Position numbers and translations under genes: made by a program
Assembly (NCBI RefSeq): GCF_006345805.1
Contig: NW_021832718.1
Span: forward strand, 37,265 to 101,264
DNA: 64,000 nt
Origin: Octopus sinensis
Taxonomy: Eukaryota
Direction of reading: 5' to 3'
The notes under the pieces: model-generated
Database searches by the model: none
What the model saw: the letters and a program-made list of their open reading frames with translations, nothing else
Told to the model about the DNA's origin: nothing
Shown here: positions 35,001-47,045 of the stretch, piece after piece
How the letters are laid out: the number at the start of each line of letters is the position of its first letter
How positions within the stretch are numbered: position 1 is the first letter of the stretch

Positions 35001-38000
35001 ATAAGCCAGTATCAACAGTGGTTCCAGAAATTCCGAGCCAGAAACTACAGCCTAGAAGACGAGCCTCATTCTGGAAGATCTGTAGAGCCCAACAAGGACA
35101 TCCTGCAAACCCTGGTGGAACAAAATCCCATTGTAACTGTTGAGGAACTAGCAGAGAAACTTGGATTTGGTCATTCAACCATTCATCAACACCTGTGTGC
35201 CATTAGAAAAGTCAGCAAATTAGGTCAATGGGTCCCCCACAAACGTCCTGAGTCTAATTGCGCGCAGAGAGTGAATGGGTGTTCTTCTTTGCTGTTACAT
35301 CTCACAAATGAACTTTTTTGGACCAAGTAGTGACTGGTGACAAGAAATGGGTTCTCTATAAACATGTCAAGCACTGAAGACATTGGGTAGGAAAAGGAGA
35401 AACACTGGCACCACATAATGTGTTGTTATCTGTATGGTGGGATATGAAAGGTTTAGTCCACATTGAACTTTTAAACCCAAACCAAACAATAACAAAGGAG
35501 ATCTACTGCGAGCAGCTTGAGCAACTTAAGTCAGCACTAAAAGAAAAACAACTATTTTTGGTTTCAAGACGAAAGGTGTTCTTCCATCAGAATAATGCTC
35601 AGCCACATATAGCAAGGATGACATTCCAAAGGCTGGAGCAGTTTGAATGGGAAACCATATTCACCGGACATTGCCCCATCTGATTATCATTTATTCTGCA
35701 GTCTTCAAAATTATTTGGGCTAAAAAATAGGAATTTTGCAGATGAGGTCAGAACTGTACTGGAGGAGTATTTTTCGTCACAGACAAGTGAATTTTGGAAG
35801 AGGGGCAAGTGTACCAGATATATGGAAGAGCATTGTAGAAAATGAAGGAGAGTATATTTTAGACTGGAAAAGAATTTTGTTTATCTTAATTTTGAAAAAT
35901 GAAAGAAGTACAAAAAACCACATTATTTATGGCATGACCCAATAGTTCCAAGATATGTATGGTTAATAAAATAACACCTGTGACATGAGAGATGTGGGTG
36001 TGGCTATCATCATTATCATCATCATTTAATGTCTGTTTACCATGCTGGCATGGGTTAGACGGTTTGACTGGAAGTGGTAAGCTGGAGAGCTGCACCAGAT
36101 TCCAGTCTGATTTGGCATGGTTTTTACAGGTGGATGCCCTTTCTAATACCAACCACTCCGAAAGTGTAATGGGTGCTTTTTTATGTGCCACTGGCATGGG
36201 CACCTTTTACATGACACCAGTAACAGCCATGACTACGATTTCACAGGTGCCATTTACATGACACTAGCAAAGGTCATGACTATGGTGTCACTTGGTTCAA
36301 TGAGTCTCCCCATGCACAGCTATACAAACAGAAATAACAATATTATGATGAATGAGAAGTAGATAAACAAACTGAAAAATAAAAACAAAAGTATTCCACA
36401 TAAATATTACCTGTAACAGATTTACTTGTACAAATATTCTGTGAAGAGCAAAGATAAGTGTAGCTCCAGCTGCTATTTGCTACAATGAAGCTGACCAATA
36501 AACATATAAACATCTGCCAATTTGTTCCTGGAAGACTACATGTAAAAAGCCCTGCTGCTAAAGGTGAATATTGTAAAAGAGGTATTCTGGAAATACCTAA
36601 TCCCCAGGCCAATGAGGGAGGCTCTATAATTACTTAACATGCTAGAAATAGCAATCTGATCTCCCTCAAATCACTCCCTACCATCTTAAAAATGGATAGA
36701 CACATTGGATAAATGTAGTTCTAGATACATTTAAGAAATAAAAAAATAAAAAAACGGGATAGTCTGCTTTGTTCAATCAGCATCGATCTAAAATAACATG
36801 CACAATTTTCTGCTTCAACCTTAACATATAGTAATTTTGCAATAGGATGCAGTCACACACAACACTAAGAGATCCTCTGGACATTCACTGATGGAAGTAA
36901 AATACTTGGGTTCCAAATGAAAGAAGTTAGGGAATAACATCCACAAACACTAAATAGGTTAAGGATTAGTTGATTCATAGGAGAAACAAACATAACTTAC
37001 TCTGTATTAGGTTCAGATTATTAGTTTTGATAATAAGGTTTGAAATCTTTTTGGCCTTTGCTTGTTCAACAGCTCTAATGGCAGCCTGCAAACAAAATAA
37101 TTTCATTTTAGAAAAAGACTAAACAAAAACAAAAAAACATCTCTAGATGCTTAAATATAAAGGTTGAAGTTACAATAGCAAGAAGGGGGAAGAGTTTTTG
37201 TGCCTTCAGATGAAGTCACCCCCACTCCACACACAAGGTGTCAATTAATGAGGAGCTTCCCAACAAATAATTCTCTCAGTATTTTCACTTGAAAACTTAA
37301 ATAGAATAGCTTACATATAATACAGCGCGATTGTTTGTTTGTTTGCCACCAAGTCTTTCACTTGTGTTCCTGTAAAAACAGAGCATGCTAGACTTAGTAA
37401 TTCTGCTGACTAATAAAAATTACACTGCTTTTCATCATATGAAGCAATAAACCAATATACATCTTCAAATACAATCATATACATACACAAAGCAACATAC
37501 ACCATCATATATACTCACCTACAGACATACACACAATCCGACATATATCATCATACACACACACACACTATACACCATCGTGCACATTCAAAGTAAAAAA
37601 ATTGTGATAAGTAGATAGCTGGTAAGTAGATAGACAGACAGACTGATCTTTTAGAAGAAGTAGCTTATTGCAATATTGGAAGGAAAAAAATAAGAATCTC
37701 CATTCTTTCAGTCTGTCAAGTCTTTCATTCCCTATACAATGATACACTACACACATACACATTCTTATGAATATAACTGTATTCATTGTGTAACTCTTTC
37801 TCAGTATGTGTGAATGTATGTACACAGATAAACACAAATTTCTCTATGTGATTGTTAGAAACATTTAGTTAAATAAAGCTAATGCTTTTGAAAATAAAAC
37901 ATTTCATGCTTTCTATCGTCATATCTCCAATTGACTAAATATCTTTAATGATTTTGTTGATAAATGAGTTTCTGTATAAACATACATATGTATACAGACA

Positions 38001-38028
38001 GATAGATAATATTGTGTCATATTCATAC

Positions 38029-38063
<35 letters not shown>

Positions 38064-41000
38064 CCTGTATGAATGTGTATACACATGTCATTATACAGAG
38101 AAAGACAAACAGAGAGAGAGAGGGGGAAAGAAAGAGATATGTGAACAGAATAGCGATTCATATTTTTATGTTAAAAATAGTGCTGAGAAATATATGTGTG
38201 TCTGTACATACATGGACTCTCAATGAAACACCTGCACAGATGATGCTTATAGAGATCAAAAGTTTGTACTGCACATTAGGTCACTCCCTCCATCAAATTG
38301 ACACTGTTTGTACAGATGGATGATGTGTCATACATCAGATGTCAAAGTGATTGCAGAGCAACGTGAGACAAAATGTTTTACTCAAGAACAGCAGCCCAGT
38401 CCAGGAAATGATCTCACATTCACAAGTTCAACACTAACTACTAGGCCCCCCCCCCAATCTGTGTTCATACAAATATACATGCAGAGAGGGGTGAGTAAAG
38501 CGAACTGGAAGACAGGTTTCACAAAAATGATACGACTGATACACATTTACAGACATACAAATATATACATTTACACACACTATATACACACATTCATACA
38601 CAAAAAGAGTATATACAATGTTCACACCCTGAAACGCCTATCAATATACAAACCAACATTTTAACAAACTTCAATACATAAAGTAAAGACTTACCAGTTA
38701 ATTTGTGATGGAGAGTATGAGGGGTGAGGGATATTTATTATGACAAAGATATACATGAATCAAAGGAGTAAATTAGGTGCCATTATCTTAATATGACCAC
38801 CATACTGCAACTCAGTCCAGGCAATGTTGTTCCTGACACTGACAAAATCTTCAACTGAGCAAACAAAGGAATCTATATGTGATGGATGGACCACACATTA
38901 CCTGAGGGGGAAATTTGAAACCAGCCACTGATGTAACCTAAAAAAAACCCATATAAAACTAAGTTCAACCCTTAAGTCCAAAAGAGTAATTTAACGTGAC
39001 GTAACTATAAATTTGTAAAATCGGAGACTCCTTATTTTCCTCAACACAGATGTACCCCAACAGATGCTTTTTCACTTGCAATTCCTCCTTGATGCCAAAG
39101 AAATTATTCCCCCTCATCCTTGTTGTTTCTACCCACTCAATCTCATAGGAAAATCTGCTAAGTTTCTTCCCATCATATCACAGCCTTACTGTTTTACATA
39201 AAAGATAAACTATATAAAGTAGTCCTAAATATACAAAAGACAGATAGGTTATGGCTTATAGAAACATTACTAAGCGATATATTGAAACAATTCAAATCTA
39301 TAAAGGCACAATAATCCTTCTGTTCCCAAAGAATAAATAGAAATGGGGGACCACATTCTATATTTCTAGCTCTATCCCCATCCATCCCATGTTGTTATGT
39401 GACTAATTAGTCAAGCGCTAACAAGAAACAAAACAACAACAAAAAACTTACATTTCTCTGTCTCCCCAGTAGACACCAAATCCAGCTGAGGCATCAGGTT
39501 TACCATTGTTGAGACAGCTGCCATAAATGAAAACAACTCCATAATCATGAGCCAATTTTTTCTCTGTAAAGAAAAATTTGCATAAATTATATATAAAAAT
39601 ATATTGCAGCTTGGCTCTTTATAGAAATTATAAAAAATATATTGTTGCCTGGCTCTTTATATAAATCATCTATGAACTGGCTAGAAATTATGGAGAGTGT
39701 AATCTCTAGGGAGAATATTTGGGTGAGACAAATGAGTGAATGTAATTGTTAAGCTGTTTCTTTTTTATCAATTTTACTGTGAGGAAGGGCTCTACGAATA
39801 TCTGACAAATCTTCCAAAACCAATGAGATCAATGTGGTTTATGTTTATATACAACTCCAGGAAAAGAAGAGTAGCAAGTAGATTTCAAAAGACTGATGTC
39901 CTGGTGAAGTAGGCTTGGGCATAGTAGTTAGACAGAATATGGCAGAGGAGAGTAAGATAGAGATGAGAGAAGTTAGCTTGAGACCAGCCAGCTCCAAAGA
40001 GCAGAAACCACAGTATCAGTGGTAGAAAATGCAGAGTGAGGGAATAGCATGTTTGTGACCCAGAGGCTGAGAAGTGTTGGTGAGAGACTATACCAATGAT
40101 TTTAATTTTGGTACAAGGCCAACATTTTTGAGGGGAGCAGGTTAGTCAAAACCATTGACCTTAAACTTACTTGATTGGTGAGTTCAAGGTCAACTCTGAA
40201 AGGATGAAAGACAAAGTTGGCATTGGCAGAATTTGAACTCAGGACATAAAGAGCCAGAGCAAACACTTGTGAGAAATTTTCTTGATGCTCTACTGATTTT
40301 ACCAATCCCCAATAATAATAATTGTTTCTAATATAGGCACAAAACCTGAAGTTTGCAGGAAGAGATCAGTCAATTAAATCAATCCTTGTAACTGACAAGT
40401 ACATTATTTTATTAACCATGGAGAGGTGAATGGCAAAGTAGATCTTGGTAGGGATTGCAATAATAATGATGATGATGATGATGATGAGTATGGATTCAAA
40501 GACACAGAAACTATTGACACTGATGAGTATGAATATGAAGTCATGGAAGCTATTGACAGATCATGGAACAATTTATTCCAAGAGTGATACTTATAGAAGA
40601 AAGGGTGGGAGGGAATTGATCAGTTGTTGGGATTGTGTTGAAGCAGAGAAAAGCAGCTTAGGATGATATGTAAAAAATGCCACCGAACCATTGCTGATAC
40701 ATGTGAAGAAGTCCAAAATCATCAAAATTGATAATTGTGTTAAGAAAGAGAAATCTAAAGAAGAAAAGAACACAAAAAAAAAAGTACAGTCAGTTTGCAA
40801 GAGATATGAGCTCCAAGACAGACACAGAAGCACTTATATGCACAGCACAAGAACAAGCATTGAGGACAAACTATTTAAAGTGCAAAATTGATAACACAAC
40901 TAAGAGTGACAAATGCCAAATGAATGGTGAGAGGAGTGAAACAGTGTGCATTGTTAGTGAATAACCAAAATCAGCACACTGTAAATACAAAGACGACAAG

Positions 41001-43594
41001 ACAATGAGGCAAGAATGATCCATTGGAGATTTGTGGAAATTATGGCCTAGAAAGATCAGACATGGTATGACCAAATTTCAGAGGGAATTACTGCGAATGA
41101 AGATTGCAAAACCCTGTGAAATACAATGATTCAGTGTGATCATCAGATTAGACAATGGAAACCTAACATTGTTGTGGTGAACAGAAAATAAAATAAAATA
41201 TGCCTGATAATTGACAAGCATGTCTGGTGATAACAGGATCGAAGAGAAAGAAAAAGAAAAAGTGAACAACTATGATGAATTGAAGTGGGAAATACACAGG
41301 TTATGGGCAATGGAGAGAGTGGACATGATACAAATAGTGATTGGTGCAGGTGGAAGAATCAGCAGTTATCAAATACCAATACAGCTCAAGAAGATTGGTA
41401 CAAATGTAAAAATAGAACACCTGTAAAAATCAGCATTGCTTGGAACTGCAAGAGTTCTCCACAGAGTTCTTGAACCATGATCAGTAAACAAGTGTCACTT
41501 TAGCCTGCTGGCTAGGAGAAGCTGACACTTTTTATCATACCAAGCAAAATAAGCTGCAAGTTTTCATTAACAAAAAACAATAATAAAATATTAACAATCT
41601 CTTAAAAGGAGAATGAAAACATGATACATTACCAGTAAAACCTCCTTCTTCTTCAACACACTTCTTCTTTTCAGGAGGTTCTGATGCGTCTTCAGATGAA
41701 TCAGAAGCCTTCCTCTTAGTAGTTCCTGTCAAAAGCTTAGAATCAATTGCCAGTTTAACACTTGTTGTCAACTTAGCCAAATCATTTTCAACATTACATG
41801 CTAATGTTGAAAATTCTTTGCTTTCTTCTGAGTCATCCAAATCAGCCAGCATTGACACCAGTGTCTGACAGAGAGGAGAGACTTCTTTCACTCTGGACAT
41901 GAGTTTTTTCACAATCGGTTGAATAGATTTTGCTACACTGGAGAGAGTTTTGTCTGTTAATATATAAATAAAATAGCAAATTAGTTACATAATATTAACA
42001 AAAAAACACTAATTACTTGGGAGAGCAAAAATGGGAAAAGACTATTAAATATATATCCACTGAGAGACAGAGAGAGTGTGTGTGTATTTAAGAAATTTGT
42101 TAGTCATCCACATGGTTTCTGGTTCAGTGACACTGGGTGGTACCTAGACCAAATATCTTCTGTTATAGTCCTGAGCCAATGAAATCTTTATGAGTGAATT
42201 TGTAAGATGGAAACTAAAAGAAGTTCCTTGTGTGTGTGATGTGATGATTGTAAATGAACATCTCCATCATTAAAACAATGCTATTTATCTCTAATCTCCT
42301 GTGAAAAACATGTCTGGCTATGAGGGAAAATATTACCTTGCTTAAGGGTTGGCAATAACAAGGGCATCAAGATGATGGGATGACTGGAATAGGTATCTGC
42401 TAGTCTTCTTCAAAAATCTTGTCCAAACATACACACGAGAGCAGATATGTGGTTAACCTTGACTAATGGTGGCCCAATATAGTACTTAACTGGAACTTTG
42501 TTTTTATTGGCCCTCAACAAATGAAAGACAAAGTTTATCATAGTGGGATTTAAACTCACAATAGAAAGAGATGGAACAAAACCTGCACAGCATTTTGTCT
42601 GACACTACTAATCCTGCCACAACAGCAATCTTTCATCTTTATTTGTTTCAGCTTTTGGATTGCAGCCATGCACTGCCTTGAACGATTTAGTTGAACAAAG
42701 TGAGCCAGTACTAATTTTTTAAAAGTCTGGTACTTACTACATCAGTTTCTTTTGTCAAACTACAAAGTTATGGGCACATAAACAAACTAACTCTGGTTGT
42801 CAAGCAGAAACACAAGACAGACACACTTTGTGTGATGGGCTTCAGTTTCATCATCATCATCGTTTAACGTCCGTTCTCCATGCTAGCATGGGTTTGATGG
42901 TTCAACCGGGGATCTAGGAAGCCAGAAGGCTGCACCAGGCTCCAGTCTGATCTGGCAATGTTTCTACAGCTGGATGTCCTTCCTAATGCTAACCACTCCG
43001 TGAGTGTAGTGGGTGCTTTTTACGTGCCACCAGCACAGGTGCCAGGTGAGGCTGACAACAGCCACAATTGGATTGGTGCTTTTTACATGCCACCGGCACG
43101 GAATCCAGTCAAGGCGGCGCTGGCATCGGCCACGTTCTGTTTACCAAATTCACTCACAAGGTATTGGTCAGCCTGGACTATAGTATAAGACACTTGCCCA
43201 AAATGCAAGCATAGTAGGACTGAACCTGAAATCATATGATTGCAAAGCAAGCTTCTTCACAACACAACCAAACCTGCACAATAATTATTTTTTGATACAG
43301 ACACAAAGTCACAATGAGAGAACAGCTGACTATATCAATCTCAGTACTGGACCATTATTGAGCCCCAGAAGGATGAAAGTTAATTGACCTAACTAGGATT
43401 TGAACTCAGAACGTAAAAAACTGAGCTAAATACCACAAGATATTCATTCAACACTCTACTGATTATACCAAACAGCACTAAAATTCTATTCACCTGATGC
43501 CGGAATTTCTGCAAAAGCCAGAGCTTCCTCTTCTGTACTGAACTTCTTAAACTTGGCGCCATAGAAACCATTTATCTGTTCTTGACATTCAGTC
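31957..43594 (-). CDS. RNASEH1-like: RNase H1-like protein with degenerate active site: join(43494-43594, 41633-41953, 39452-39563, 37315-37369, 37001-37085, 34270-34394, 31957-32040); first exon not located
   Basis: Seven AG/GT exons with compatible phases and no stop: HBD (TECQEQINGFYGAKFKKFSTEEEALAF), long connector, then VVFIYGSCLNNG..AGFGVYWG / ERLGGKQTNNRAVLY / AAIRAVEQAK..LIIKTNN / ITKWLEGWKKKNW...VTNKEEL..LD / VHVDKCCAGIEAAEQLAKKG. AATAAA at about 31917-31922. Confidence 0.9.
34270..34394 (-). CDS. RNASEH1-like: RNase H1-like exon (125 nt)
   Basis: caccag| ... tgg|gtaagt; ITKWLEGWKKKNW substrate-binding region. Confidence 0.92.
34810..35943 (+). mobile_element. Mariner-family transposon, decayed, in an RNase H1-like intron
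   Basis: EHIRYIMLY, WVPH, VTGD.KW, LSVWWD and FHQNNAQPH motifs; 3' TIR ATTATTTATGGCATGACCCAATA. 5' TIR not seen. Confidence 0.85.
37001..37085 (-). CDS. RNASEH1-like: RNase H1-like exon (85 nt)
   Basis: tttgcag| ... |gtaagt; IKTNN where RNase H1 has TDS. Confidence 0.9.
37315..37369 (-). CDS. RNASEH1-like: RNase H1-like exon (55 nt)
   Basis: tttttacag| ... |gtaagc; QTNNRAVL where RNase H1 has QTN.RAE. Confidence 0.9.
39452..39563 (-). CDS. RNASEH1-like: RNase H1-like exon: catalytic domain start (112 nt)
   Basis: tttacag| ... |gtaagt; FIYGSC where RNase H1 has YTDG.C. Confidence 0.9.
40480..41480 (+). mobile_element. R4/Dong-like LINE 3' fragment (zinc knuckle and restriction-like endonuclease), decayed
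   Basis: ETV.I.S..., IHW, KPNIVVV, EKEKEKV.NY.ELKWEI..LW and IVIGA motifs, next to an (ATG)n run. Boundaries approximate. Confidence 0.7.
41633..41953 (-). CDS. RNASEH1-like: RNase H1-like exon: connection domain (321 nt)
   Basis: taacag| ... actg|gtaatg; open frame with KRKAS and PPEKKK basic patches. Confidence 0.85.
42110..42420 (+). mobile_element. tRNA-derived SINE, diverged
   Basis: Family head and body. Boundaries approximate. Confidence 0.6.
42630..43270 (-). mobile_element. tRNA-derived SINE interrupted by an RTE 3' tail (about 42847-43135)
   Basis: SINE halves join across the CATCATCATCATCGTTTAACG... insertion. Confidence 0.75.
43494..43594 (-). CDS. RNASEH1-like: RNase H1-like exon: hybrid-binding domain (101 nt)
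   Basis: tttttcag|g ... tcag|gtgaat; FKKF motif. Confidence 0.88.
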
Positions 43595-44829
43595 CTGAAA
43601 AAGAAGAAATATCTTCTGTAAATGTTTAATTTCAATTATTGTTTAAAACAAAGATTGGAGTGGTAGTGAATTGGGCAGGATTTAAAAGTAATGAGGTGAC
43701 TGGAAGTGATAAATGCACTGAAACTGGGAAATAGTAGACAGAGTGAAACATAAGGATAAAGTTTCAGTTCTTAAAACTTTTATTTTCTCTTCCACATTTC
43801 TGATTTTGTGTTTCAGAGAAATCATTATTCATGAGTGCCAGGTGACATAGCAAATATATCTTCAATCTTATCTGTTGCAACAATAGTAGCAGTAGTTGTT
43901 TAGTCCAATGTTATCCTTGACCAAGCAGACTGTAAGGTGTGATTTGAGGGAGATTTCTCCCTATTTCTAGCAGTCAAACTAAACCTGTAGTTTTGTCCAT
44001 CAGTCAATAAAGTGACTGACTTGACTGTTGTTAAGGTTTAGTTCTAGTCTGGGCCCACATTGCACATGTATATATGCAGTGCTTATCATGACTATCGGAA
44101 TGTATTTCATTTTGGTTGGTGTACAGTACTGATGATTGCAGTGAATACAAGCAAACAGAATTGGCCATTATGGCTCACTTTGATTCCTCAGGGACTATTA
44201 GAAGCTTTTTTCTTTTTAATGATTAAGAAGGACAGTATCCATTATTAATTTCAGGAACCCATGTAACTGAAGGGAAGAGGTTTTCCTGAAATCAGAGCAG
44301 AAGAGCAGACTCTGTTGAAGGTTCCTCAAGGATTAGGTAGTTGTGTTAAGGATTAAGTCTACCGTTATCACCAAGAATGGCCCCTTTAATGGGATCCATA
44401 TAGCTTCCATATACCAGTTTTTATTCCAGAAGCTCTGATTGACCTGAGGGTAAGGTAGAAGACACTTGTCCAAGGTGCTGCGCAGCAGGATCAAACTCAA
44501 AACCACTTAGTTACAAAGCAAACTTCTTAACTTCCACAGCCATACTTAACTGAACAGATCCGGTTGTTATTTCTAGCAGGTCAAGCAACTGGTATTCATT
44601 TATTGAATCAAGTGGTATTGCTTGTGGATATGTATTATGTGAGTTGTGTTTGTGTGTATTAAGAATAATCTTAGATAACTTGTGTACCCGTACCGTCAAA
44701 AATGACAGCATGAAAATGATACAGATAATAAAATCAAAATAAAAACATTACAACCTTTATCTCAGTAATTGCTTCAGCACTACGTTTCTAGTGAAAACCC
44801 TACCAGCAATGAGTTTGCCTTGTTTTGGA

Positions 44830-45230
44830 TGGTTCGTTTAATTCTTCCATTCTTCTCATTGATTTCTCTCCTTTATGCTGCTTCCTCTTCTGTTTCATCA
44901 TCGTCTTTGTGATGCTTTCATTCTTAGATATTCTCTTCTCACTGCTGCTTGCTCTTCTGTTTCATCTCGGCACTTTTGTGCTGCCCTCCCTTTCTTTGGA
45001 TATCTCTCCTTTGTGCAATTAGGTGCTCCTTTTCATTTTGACGTCTTCGAGCCTGTCTTCTTGCATTTTGCACTCATCTCTCTTGTCTCACTTCTCGTGA
45101 TTGATTTAATAACCTTAATGTATTGTTTAATCTTCTTGCATCCAGTTCTTCCTGAGTGAGACTGGCTGTTCTTCACCTTTGTCTCTCTCTGGCTAACCAT
45201 CGCCTTCTATCAGATTCATTCTCCATAGCA
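44830..45230 (-). mobile_element. Possible Helitron RepHel N-terminal repeat remnant
   Basis: Purine-rich minus strand translating to repeated R.DETEE.AA.RRE units with stops. Family assignment is an inference. Confidence 0.35.
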
Positions 45231-47045
45231 GGTGGATAAATATATTTAATACAACAAATTACAAACTTCAAAACAAATGAGTATATTTGTGTGTGTGTGT
45301 ACGTACGTTAATTTGTTTATATTTCTATACACAACCATACAAAGTATAAAATTACACAGGATTATATTAATGGCATACACAGAGAGTTTTTTTCCAAGCA
45401 ACATCTACACAGTCTCTATCTCTGTCTCTTTCACACTCTTACCGCCTTGGCAAAATTCTTCATTCATAAATATTTACAAACATCACTGTATCAGCAAGCA
45501 TTTGTAAATATTTATAATCACCTTCCCTTTATATTTAGCTTTCTTTAAACAGACAATATTATGTAGTGAGATGGTGTAGCAAAAAATGCTGAGGTAGCAG
45601 ATAAAATAGGCATGTGGATGACATCAAAGTAAAACAATGGGAAAGCATCGGATTGTGTTTTAAATAATTTATTTAATCAACACTTGCATTTACTTCTTGG
45701 ATACACCAAAAAATTCACCACATGACATTACCAACTTGCTTCAAGTTGGCAAAGAAGAAAATAAACAGGGGAAATACTGTGCCAATATATGAGGTAGAAC
45801 TGGACATGTTTTGTGTCTGTGTGTGCGCTGGTCATTCGGTGGTGTCTGTTTATGTTCTGCGACTGCTACTGTGTTGGGTTGTTCATGCTGAATATGTGAT
45901 TCTTTGTTGGCTGCTTGACTGGTGCAAGTTACTTGTTGGCTGTCTCGCCTGGTGACGGCTATCTGCCTCTGTCATATGTCTGACTGTATTTATAATGGTC
46001 ATGACAGCTAGAAGGACAGACATACCACAAGAGTAATTTCTACCAATGTAGGTCACCTCCTGTCCACTTGAACCTTAAATGACACGGTTCAGGTCATAGG
46101 TTGACGGGAAATCCGTTGATCACTTTTGACAGGACAAAGAAATTTCTTTTGCACTTGTTTGGCCAGTGGTGGATCAAATGAGCGAGAATTCTTAGACTTG
46201 ATTTCAAATCTCAGCTTGGAAAAAAGGATGTGGGTACATCACATCCAGCCCACTACAATTATCAAGCTTTCTTTCAATAGACAATATTTTAATTTTATGA
46301 CTTAAAAATTACTACATATTTACTTATCTTATATTCTATTAACTTTGCTGCAGATTTTTAAACAAAAAAAATCTTCCAGAACAGTCAAACATCCATAGAT
46401 ATACAGAAAATATAATTTTGAGGTGCAAAAATCTTATTTACTTATCTTATATATTGTTATTAATGTTTATCAGAAAAAAATCAGTGTTCATTGAATAAAA
46501 ATGAAAATGTTGCTGAGAGAGAGAAAGAGAGTGAGTGAAAAGAGTGAGAGACAAAGAGAGAGTGTGTGTGCGCATTTGTAAATAGAAAGTGAGAGAAAGA
46601 GCGAGGCAGTGTTCATCAATAAAGTGAAAAGGCTGTTGTTCAGAGAGAGAAAGCGAGAGGGAGAGGGCGAGAGGTGTTTGATACCAATCCCTCTCTCATT
46701 GTTATTACCATTTTGTCTCTTCCCTTTTTTTTACTCTTACTTATGCCGACGTCTACTCTCTTATTGCATGATTTTGGACAAACTTACAAACAAGCTCATT
46801 ATTATGATAGATATCTTATGAATATGAAAAATTCCTAACTAATAGACATGTGGGATAGCCTTCGAATTACCATCCACAAGTTATTATTATTATTATATTT
46901 ATCCTTAGCTGAAAGGAGTTCCACCTGTATAACCATTCCACTGGGAGATGAGACTGACAGGTGGTAGCTGACAACAAGAAGCATAGGAGCTTTTAAGAGA
47001 ACATTCTGAGGCTTTTGCTCAAAACAAACTAAACAGATGGATATA

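Noticed and set aside
36343-36612. ORF resembling a signal-peptide exon (MFICLLVSFIVANS...)
   Set aside because: Lies in an intron, with no partner exons or recognisable homology.
38695-38854. 160-nt AG/GT-bounded segment in an RNase H1-like intron
   Set aside because: Not a multiple of three and contains stops; no evidence for use.
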